The position numbers and the translations under genes are program-made. The notes below the pieces were generated by a model. That model was not told the origin of the DNA. It saw nothing but the letters and a program-made list of their open reading frames with translations, and ran no database searches. Shown in pieces: positions 53,866-64,000 of a DNA stretch of 64,000 nt. Each line of letters opens with the position of its first letter. The stretch's first letter is position 1. Source of the DNA: Lytechinus pictus (lineage: Eukaryota); the NCBI RefSeq assembly GCF_037042905.1, contig NC_087251.1:26290001-26354000 (forward strand). The letters are read 5' to 3'.

Positions 53866-56800
53866 TAGTTGAATGTCTTAAAGAACAATTTGAAAAAGTG
53901 CAAAGAGCTCTGGAATAATAAGTAAAACATTGCCTTTGTGTGACAAAATCTTGCATCCAAATAAGGCTAAATGTTTAGGATTGTAAAAAACAAAGGTGCC
54001 AAAAACAACACTGTAACAGATTAGATGGTCTTCCCTTTGACATGGCAATGTGACTTCATCTTTTTTTAAATTATTATTTTGATAGAGATCTGGGATTTTG
54101 ACAAAACCTCATCTGACAAGATTATCGATTATGTCATAAAAAAGGAAATTTCCCCATTAATTTGAAATATGTGGTCTTGCAACCTCAACAACGATATAAC
54201 TATCAACTACTAACCATGCTTAATTCAGTATAGGTAAGGAGAGTAGCAGCAGAGTAACAGAGCAACAAGATCAGAGTATAATTCATGCAAAACTATATTG
54301 TAAGTAAAACACTCAAATGCATTGTTAGATTGAGCAAAACCAAACCATTTTCAAACATAACAAAGAGCAATAGATTCTAATGAAAACCAAATGCCCCCCC
54401 CCCTCAAAAACAAAGTGCACACAAAGGAAATGTGCAAAACCTTTCTATGATAGATATGATGGGTGAATTTGTACCATAGAAAAGTATATCAGAAATTACA
54501 GAATTCTTTTTGTAAACACATAATAAAATTCAGCAGACATGCAAACTTGAACATGATATATATTTTGTACAAGTCTAAGGATTGCAGGATGGATTTTTTT
54601 GACGTAAAATGAAACGTAATAGACTGATATAATATACAGCATTTGAAAGCTGCATGTAGAGTATGATCCTGATATGTAGGTCATATCATCACCTCTTAAT
54701 CTTACACACAGGTTCAATAAATTGCAGGTGAAATTATTTCTATTTTGGTACTTCCCAGTTTAAGCAAAAACATTGAGATATCTGAAAGTTCAATTAAACC
54801 CAGACCAATTTCCCGAACAAACTCAAGAGAGCAGATCGATGGTTCGGGTAGCCAGTATTTAATAGGACTTGATGACCTCAAATAGGCAACAGACTGGGTG
54901 ACAAAATATCTTGAGGGAAATGGGAATTTCACATGGAGGCATGCATGGTCAAGACTGATATCTTGCTTCAGTCATGACCAGCATTAACATGTCATTCAGT
55001 TGCGCAGTGAAGCTAGCCGACATTTCATACCTTGAAGTGTGACCATATCACCTAATAGCTTCAAGGAGGAGGAAATGCAGTGTTATATACTTGTAACTGA
55101 TTGATTGTTCAAGTGCAAGGTTTTTATAAACATAACACAAGACCAGGGAGGTATTTCATTCAGTGTTTGGAAGTAACAACTAGCTTTGAAAATGACTAGT
55201 ATGTGTTATTGTGCTGGATGAAATACTGATAGACTCATCCCAAATTTTCCCTTGCATTAAGATTAAACAATATTGGTTGTTATGTACTATAACCCTTATC
55301 ATATTTTTTCAAGAAAATTTGATAAATTCCTCAATATTTACACCTCTTTTTATTTCATTTGGTTTCTATAAGTTTTAGAATAACTCAGACATGAAAAACA
55401 TTAAATAAAAAAAAGTATATTGTGGGAGTGGTTTTGTATGTTTGTTTGTTGGTTGGGGGGGGGGGACTTTGCCAGAATATAGCCATTTTTAAGATATAAA
55501 CTAAAGCCAAAAGGGATTTATTTCCTGAAGTAAAAAAATCAAAACATGTAAAGGTGAAAAGAGACACGTTCCTGAAGGAAAAATTCAAAACATTCCTATG
55601 ATATATTCATGTGCTGCTCACACAACATTTCTCAAGGGGGTAACATTTAGGCATCCAAACAAAAGCCGAGACATTTTTAGAAAGTTAGCCTGCCTGGCGA
55701 TAAAAGACTGCAGAAGCTCACGTGAAGCTTAATACAGGATCCCTGGAGATCCCCTTTTCCATTGACTACTTCCATGATCGCTGAACATAGCTCGCGATTG
55801 CAGTTTCCTCTTGCTTAGATTGAAAACATTAAATTGTCTCATGATCTGACTTGGCAAGAATGTGAAGGCAAGGACTGAACAAGATGCACTAGCTCTTCTA
55901 AATTACATTTAAAGGGAACTGATTATAAGAAAAGATTGTATTCTTCCTTTTGCTTACATCTCTGGAGGAACATCCCTGTCCCTTAAAATGCTGTCAAATT
56001 TTCACAAAATCTGATTAAGCAAAACCTTTGATGGTAGATAACAGACAGAAGCATAAGTCTAACAAACTTTTAAATTACAAAACACAACGTATTCATTTGA
56101 TAATCTAATGGGAAAATGAAGAAGATTTAGAATGTTTCATTGTGTGTTAGGAGTACAAGTATGTTGGGGCTCCTATTTTCTTTGAAAATATCATCAAATC
56201 CCGTCAAGATCTAACTTGGAAAAATATAAGCCCCCTCATAAAAAAAAATTAAATAGCATAAGTTTAACTTCATACAATTACAATCAAAAGATCCATTACT
56301 GAAAATTTAAAAAGTGAGGTTTTATCTGTAAGTTAAGACAACGTCCAAACTCATTCTGATAACTACTCAGAATAACTTCACAACATAAAGGAAAGAATAA
56401 TATTTGCTGGATATATAAACAGCATAACCTTATGGACAGGATCATCCTTATATATCTCTTAATTTCAGAAAGCATATAATGTCCATTTTAGTTTAAAATA
56501 TCTGGAGCCTCATTCAAATTTTAGGTGCCTGAAAATTAGGATAAAGCTTTGAGATTAATTTAAGCTCCAATGAAATAACCCTTAAAGTACAAATGATAAT
56601 GGTCACCAAAGTATCTCTTTGGAAAGATATCACACACTGGTTTAGCATGGCGTCTCCTAACACAGAAGTCAAACTGGCGGAAATAGACAGTTTCCTGAAA
56701 AATATTGAGACAAAACATTTTTCTAAAGCTTCTTTATCTGTTGATATCTAGTTACTATTTAAAGGATACTGCTGTCATGTTTGGGTTTGTTTCAAAAGTT

Positions 56801-57249
56801 GGATGGTAGCCATATTCGATTCTTTGTGGTTTAACCGATTTATGAAGGCAAAATGGAGATTGGGAGAGAGGGGGGGGGGGGGAGAGAAAGGGAATCCAGC
56901 TTTTGCAAGATCTCTGCATTATACTGAAAGATTCCAAATTCAGAAAAGGGGAAAACTTCAAAAAGTATATCAAACATTGTAGAATTCTTGGAACATGTTG
57001 TCCCATACTTTCATACTGGCACAGATTTTTCTAATACTTTATGTTAACTTCCTTAAATCTGATATCCTTGGGTACATTAAAATAGCCTTAATTAGGGTGG
57101 AAAAGATGAAAAATAGAAAAGCAAGGTGATCTATTCTTGTGCCAGCAACTTTTTTTTTAATTTAAGAGTGTATTTCAGAAGTGCAATCAACAAACTACTG
57201 ACATGGTGGGTGTGGTAGGATCAAATCTAGGCTATTGCAATGACAGGTA

Positions 57250-57790
57250 ACTCTTTCATTGCTAATAAGGTGACAATAGTGGGGTGTCAACACATGCTAT
57301 CAAAATGACTAGTGTCATTTTCATTGCTAGCCTGGAAGCAGCAGGGGAAAATGAACCCATGCCATCAAAGTAACTATTAACTGTTTCATTACTAAGATGG
57401 TGGCACTGGTGCAATATTAGACAATGCCATCAAGAACTTGTAATCATCTCATTATTAACAAGGTGGTTACAGTGGATGTTGTCTCGTAGAACCTTGCGAA
57501 GCAGGGTACCGACAAATACCATTGAGGTAACTAGTACACTCTCATTACTGACATTACCCTTACAGTTATGGTGGCAGCGGTGGGATAATTTTGAGTGATT
57601 TTCCCAAATGATACTCATTCATTACTAATAGCAGTGGGATACCAAACAATGCATCGAAGTAACTAGTGATTCTTTCATTAATGTGTTATAGTGACACTAG
57701 GGGAATACAAACCACTGCCATCAAACTATCAACCTTTTCATTAATGACATTGATGCAGCAGTGGAATATCAACCAATAGCATAAAGAAGA
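57250..57790 (+). repeat. Old, diverged ~63-bp minisatellite
   Basis: Recurring TCATTACTAA..GTGGCA..GTGG..ATGCCATCAA.GTAACTAG-like unit, about 7-8 copies. Confidence 0.65.
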
Positions 57791-60720
57791 CTTGGGACCT
57801 TCTGATGGCTAAATTTGTCAATAGTACTAACAAAGATGACAATGCAAGATAACTAAATGAAGAAATACATGATCTCCATTGCAGAAATAGAATACAAGAA
57901 TATGAGCTTAAACCCCTATTCACGAAGTACATTCACCCTTAAATATTGTATACCATAACTTAATTTGACCTTCATTTTTTTAATAGAAAATATTTTTACA
58001 TCATGCAAAGAGCACTATTAATAAGAAAATCTTGCCATCTAGGACTTTGAATGGATTGAATTAAGGGTAACTATATATAGTATTTCCTGAAATCAGCTAC
58101 CCTGAAATAAAAATCAGATGACTGACCCTCTTTCTTACAAGCTTTATCAGTTTAATATAGTGCTAATTATCAAAATAATGCCTTCACCTAACCAGATACA
58201 TACACATTATTAGAAAAGATCTTAAGCATATTATAGAGATTCAAGAAATGAATGGTTTAAGAAAGATTTATGCATTTTCAAATTTGTTTAATTAAAGATT
58301 TATTATACTGTGTTTCATTTTACTTTCGTTTCTAAATTTTCACAGCACAATCTAAATTATTTATTTTTGGTGAATAAATTGACAACTGGCACTCCATAAA
58401 AGCACAAGCATAACTTTTGGTTTAATACTTATAGAAAGAAGAATAATATTGTAAGTATTAATGAACAGCTCACAACCGAAGTCATATGTAACTGTACAAA
58501 TGCCACTGATATCAAAGGCACTATGAAGGCAGGAGCAGTGACAGATGACAGCATTTGGGCTAGCGGCTGGAGCAATCAACAGTTGCAACTTCTCAAATAG
58601 CAAATGAAAACTACTTCCTTCCCTTCATAACATGTCTGGACACCTCAAAGTTGGTCAATTAGCACCGTCTCAATCATAAACAAATATATCTCAGCTTATT
58701 CATAAGGAGACAAAGGCTTGCTCAAACTTGATCAAGGTTAATACTTCTGTTAAAAGTCTTGAATGGAGTTGTTCTAATAATGTCAAGTCCTTCCTACTTG
58801 AATAACATAATTCACAAAAACTCGAAACCCTATATGAAAGCTATTTTGCACAGTTAAAATTCATTTTGAAAACACAAAATAATTTATTTACATTGAGTTT
58901 GTATGAATTAATCACTCCCATGGGTTAGAGGTCATTGAGTAAATGCATCAGAAGTGATATGAATAGAGAAGTGCCACATCGCAAAAATGGGAAATAAACA
59001 AGTGATTATCTGTTTTAACAAATACAATAAATGAAATGAATGAAAAAGGCATGGGTCAAAGTAGTCTGCAGGCACAGACCCTGATTGGAACTTTGATCAA
59101 CAAGTGTGCCTCCACGCAAAGAATAGCACATACAAAACTTGCTGTTCCAAGCGAGAGAGCCTTCAGTACACAAGGCATGAGTAGGCTGCACATTCAGACC
59201 CTTAACTCGAGTGAAGGGTTTGCCCAGCAGACTAGGGTCAAAGGGTGTAGACTTCCCCTTCGCCCACGTCTTAATCTACAGAACACCTGCTCCACCAGGA
59301 TATCCATACACTCCAGTCAATCATGGACCTTCAAGAGAGAGGTGGGTCAACCTACCGGTCATCAACGTATGAAGGGGGCATTCATGAAGCTTCTTGTTAC
59401 AGATAGTCACTGACAACTGTTATAAGCTACTGAAATCCATGCATCTGATTGGTCAAGGGCAAATTTGTTGGTGAAAATTACTGACAAGGTGTTTCACTAA
59501 GTTTTATCTGATGTAGAGTCAACCTTGACTCATCATCATCAGCATCATCATCATGGGTGACATCAGGGGAATTGATTACGCTCAGAAGAAATTTTGTGGT
59601 TGACCTCAGCTTGGACTGGTTAAGAAGCTATTTTGAGACAACCGGGCCAACCATGACCAACGCTTAATTGCAATTAGTGTTTACTTAGTCTTCATCTGAC
59701 CCCAAAGACTGAAGAATAAACAGAGGAAAAGGGGAACTGCATGTATATTCCCATGGACATCAATGGAAAAGAAGAGTGTGAGGCATATTGTGCCAAACCA
59801 AGAAAAATGAAGGCAAATGTGTATGTAGATTGTTAAGTTACAATTATACTAGTAATTTCAAATTAAATTTTGTTTTAACCTTACAGCTACATCCAGAGGC
59901 TATTTTGCAGCTTATGAGAGTAAGGTGTTATTTGCGGGGAAAATCAAAAAATTTTCCTGCAGTGTCAACACATCAAAACAAGGGAAGGCATCTTGAAACT
60001 TTCAAGAAGCATTGCAGAAGTAACAAGAGAAAGAGAAATACAGTAATCTCATATGCATATCAGATACTGCAGCATTTCCAGCGACTTAATGCCTAAAGCG
60101 AAAATGGTGTATATACAAATACAATTCATTTTCCATGAATCTTGAGTCACGGCAGTGACTCTCAGGTACCCTGGCTTCAGCAAGTTCAAAAAGTCATGTT
60201 CCTACCAACTTCAAGAAAAACTCTCTTCTGTTCCTCACCCTAGAGACTGCAACCGTCTGATGACTAGGATGCATTTTTTTCTTTCTCTCTATCCATGTTT
60301 GCTAAATTTGGCCAACCATCGATCAAACGGGTCTAACCTTAACGCGTGATTCACTCAGGAAAACATGCAGCTAAAGAGACTGAACAGCGTTCACACTTCA
60401 CATCTTCCAAGCTGGATGAATTTGATTTTGTTAGAGATATATACAATGAATTCATTGGCAAATTTGTCATGAGTTTCATTTTAAAGCCAGTGTCTTCAGC
60501 ATTCATGTTACATTTGAAACAATTAATTCAGGTTCCTTATCAGTAACAGGTGTTGTCCAATACCAAGGATGAAAAGAATTTTATGAGAAATGAATATTAT
60601 GCAACGTGCACTGCATAATACATAGGTTGCCTCACACAGGAAAATCACTGTTTCATTCTCCTTAATTGAGCCCTGAAACTCAGGCTGAGGAATGTCTACT
60701 GATAGAACCTTGAGTTAGCC

Positions 60721-60864
60721 GATTAATTGATGGAACTTGCATTATGATAATTTCTGCTGATTAATTGATGTAACTTGCATTACAATAATTTCTGCTGATT
60801 AATTGATGTAACCTACATTACAATAATTTCTGCTGATTAATTGATGTAACTTGCATTACAATAA
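60721..60864 (+). repeat. 38-bp minisatellite, ~3.8 copies
   Basis: GATTAATTGATGTAACTTGCATTACAATAATTTCTGCT starting at 60721, 60759, 60797 and 60835. Confidence 0.95.
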
Positions 60865-61692
60865 AGTGCCTTTCCACAATTCTAGGATCCGCAAATTATA
60901 ATCTACTCCCAATGAAAGAGTTGAAGATAATATTTTTAAACCTTATAAAATGTAAAGAAAAGTTATTTCCATTGCTTTTTTTTTATAAAACCCCTTCTAA
61001 AGAATATCTCTTAAAATGTACTTCTTGCATCATCTCTGAATCATAAATTCATAATTTTACAAATATCTGTTTTAAAAATATATCAATTCAATGATCCAAA
61101 TTCCTTGAAAACAGCATTGAAGAAAGTATCCCCACATTGGCCATATTCCTAGCTTCAACCCATGGCATATAAATACCTAATCATTATCTCGCATGTGAAT
61201 TTTTTTAACTAATACATCCAATGCCCATATGAAACTTCCTTAATGAAAGAAACACTTTAGTGCATCAAATACATGCATTCAATTGATTATAGCTGTAAAA
61301 ATGACTTCATTACACTATTATTTGAAGCAACAAACATCTTCCTTTTTCAGTTTTCTTATACTCATAGAAATTTCATCTCATGTTCTAAGTTTTATATGTA
61401 CTGACTAATCATAACTCATGGGAATTATGACCATTTCCGCAATAGTACTACAACTTACTGAAACATTCATGAACTAAGAATTTCGTAAGATCGAATAGAA
61501 TGTCTGATTTATGTTACCATTTCCGGCTAAATGTAAAGAAATGTTCCATACTTTACCTTTACTTGTCTTCTACCTTTTCATACATGTACTTCTGTCATGC
61601 ATACATTACTCAAGAAATCCTCAAGGCTTAATTCCATTTACCATCATCAATCATCACAAAACCAGAATATTATAGAAGGAATAGATATTCAC

Positions 61693-61951
61693 TTTTTCTA
61701 CTGATGCAGTAATCCTCATCATGTGGAATGTAGTAGGAACCGCGCTGGAATAATCCCATTAAGAAATTCATGGTGGCGTTGCCGCACTTGGCGATCCAGC
61801 GGCCAAAAGCCTGGGTCTGGTAATAGGTGGCCTGTCCACAACCCACCGATCCCTCGTCTTCCAGAGTCTGCATCTCAGCCCGCTGGCCATACGTCCTATA
61901 CACGCACCAAGGCCAGCAGATATGTGGGCACGTACACGCACACTCTCTCAT
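61693..61951 (-). CDS. Candidate alternative first coding exon of the SIPA1L-like gene (Cys-rich N-terminus)
   Basis: ATG at 61951, 86 open codons with GC-rich third positions, and a phase-1 donor A|GTGAAT at 61692 that is in frame with the phase-1 acceptor at 52684. Lies in a CpG-rich island. Confidence 0.5.
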
Positions 61952-62400
61952 CGATATGCCAATACCGGGCGCAACGTCCCAGCCAGAGAACTCAAGGACA
62001 GGTGACAAATTCCCCTTGCTATTCTGCTATTTTTTCCCCTCCTCCCCCTAGTCGTTGTCTTTATTAAGCCGCACACAACACAGCGGATCATGCATGAGTC
62101 CGAGAGAGAGAGGAAACATGGGAGTCCTGAGGTGGCGATCACATCCGAGCGTCCCTCGATGGCTGCGCAGCACTCGTTAGCTCTGCATCCTAGGCCGAAG
62201 CTTGAGCTGTCTGGTCTGATATTCACCAGTTAACCGTCGCGTGTGGTTACAAGTGCACTCCGGGTGAGTCATTCACCGATGCAGGCAGGGTTTGCGTTCC
62301 CCTGCACAAAACCTCACCATCTGACCCCACACGAGGGAGCTCTACCACCACGACTCCACACAGGATGCCCCCAGTTAAAAGTCTACCACAAATTATCTAT
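61730..62400. promoter_or_regulatory. GC/CpG-rich island; probable internal promoter or enhancer
   Basis: Sharp rise in GC and CpG against the AT-rich background, with no TIR, TSD or retroelement hallmarks. AP-1 site TGAGTCA ~62265. Confidence 0.5.
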
Positions 62401-63660
62401 TGCTTCCATGGCAAGGGCTCAGGGTTCCGTTGTAAAAGCAGGGCAATAGAGCACTCAAAAGCAGGACAACAAACACTGATTGAATTATGACAGAGTTCTT
62501 TCCCTATTGCCTCCTTGATAAAACTATTAAATGGATCTTGTGTCATTGAATCAATGGCCTCGGTCCAGAATCAAGTGACGTGATAATTACGTGCTAATAG
62601 TCTCATCATGACCAACTTAATCTCATTTCCACAGCTCATGTTGTTTTTAAACAAAAAATATTTCTGGTTAGTAATCATGGATGACATGAAGCACATGTTT
62701 TTGATTTCTCAAATTGACCAATATCGCTATTCATATTTTTCTCTCTCCACCTCCCCCCCCCCTCTAGTTTCATTATTAATAAAGGCAGGTTTTCTTTAAA
62801 AAATACATACAAAAAATTGACATATTCTAAATATTTCATGCTTACTAATCATAGCAAGTTCTTACAACCTGTCTTTATTTATGTTTTTTTACTTGGGGTG
62901 GGGTTGGTATTGGTATTTACTGGTGATGAAAGCGATCCTTTTAACAATCTTACATTACTATACACATCAACATCGACACATTCAATTGCTTCATTGGTTC
63001 TGTTCCCAGCAGACTTGTATTGTTTCAAGTTATTTGACACATAAGAAAGATATCCTCAATTATTAAATTATTATAACTGCACCATACTACTCATCGTCAA
63101 GGGATGTTGTGGAGAATAAAAAGGTATGACATCTATTAAGACACCTCTATTAACGGTCATAGAGTCTGCAATCTTTATTTGCACTTCCTAAAGTCCAATT
63201 ACCATGAATTACCTTCCATTAGTCAAGTTCAAATGTTAAGCTGGATAGGGAGGTTTTATTTGATCTATGTGATACACCCCTCTCACGTACCTAATCCCCT
63301 ATTTCTAGACAGTTACATTCATTACTTTAACACCTAGTGAGAATGACCCTAGGGGGCACTTCATAAAGCTGTTTGTAAGTTATGCACAACTTTACACATG
63401 ATTGGTAACCTTTTTTGTGCACATTAATAAAAATAAAAAAATAGAATTTCCTATATTTGACATGAGAAAGGTCAGTTTACTCTCATTGCTCTTGAGATAA
63501 TCTTCCTAAATGCTTTATGGGTTCAGATTGCTACGCATAGACCAGTAATCCCGGTTGATATCATCCTAAATCTGTACGCAAAGTTAAAAATCACTTTTGG
63601 GATTATCTCAAGAGCTGAGCAATACCATTCTTGTGAAACTTGGCACTGGTACACGTCCAG

Positions 63661-63805
63661 GGGCCTATTACAAGAAGAGTTGCGTTTAAACGCAAGTCAA
63701 ATTATCAAGAGCAAGTCCCGAATACGGGTGCCTCATTGGCTGAAAATCAAGTTGCGCAAGATTTTTTCAGTTGCATTTGATCGCAACTCTTTCTGCAACG
63801 GGCCC
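63661..63805. mobile_element. ~145-bp MITE with CAG TSD; same family at 14097-14240 and ~44884-45024
   Basis: TIR GGGCCYRTTRCARRARGAGTTGCG; CAG on both flanks; all three copies share internal CAAGTCCC..ATTGG.TGA.AA..AAGTTG..AGTTGCATTTGAT. Confidence 0.8.
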
Positions 63806-64000
63806 CAGGTCATGTAAAACAAGGATATCAATCCTCATCATACACAGGCTCCTGCACGATCAAGATTGCTTGACCAATGTGACGCAGCACTTTCATCAAG
63901 AAATCTCCTCAACCACACAGATGACTCCCATAGTGCACAGAGTGCTTCATGTCCAATGGCCTACCTCCAAAATCCCTTATATCCTTGTCTGTAAATGACT

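Noticed and set aside
59036..59413. 125-aa plus-strand ORF
   Set aside because: No recognisable homology, antisense within an intron-like region, and its end runs into a MITE remnant.
59490..59630. Acidic DDDADDDE open stretch as a SIPA1L exon
   Set aside because: Derived from a short (CAT)n repeat, with weak splice sites and phases that do not fit.
60721..60864. 38-bp repeats as a CRISPR array
   Set aside because: Units are head-to-tail with no spacers, in a eukaryotic intron.

Overview
AT-rich, intron-rich animal genomic DNA. The repeat landscape (GCGCGAAGCGC repeats, tRNA-SINEs, many MITEs, purine tracts) looks like a sea urchin or other echinoderm; that assignment is inference. Two minus-strand genes were rebuilt by hand from splice sites and reading frame. 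(1) A complete WDR27 orthologue: 23 coding exons, 25029->4633, 2721 nt, 906 aa, every intron phase consistent. It includes one U12-type (minor spliceosome) intron that carries a SINE. (2) The last three coding exons of a SIPA1L/SPAR-family gene (C-terminal coiled coil; 52684->34637); its RapGAP/PDZ exons are not in the window. Most interesting: a GC-rich, coding-looking candidate alternative first exon (61951->61693) with a Cys-rich N-terminus that splices in frame onto the SIPA1L C-terminal exons, giving a ~230-aa GAP-less product, and an in-frame 81-nt candidate cassette exon that would interrupt the coiled coil. Introns and intergenic DNA hold non-autonomous DNA transposons of several superfamilies (Harbinger-like, piggyBac, Tc1/mariner, hAT-like), SINEs and tandem repeats. 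Most entries in the supplied ORF track are spurious. No prokaryotic-type system, CRISPR array, rRNA or genuine tRNA was seen.
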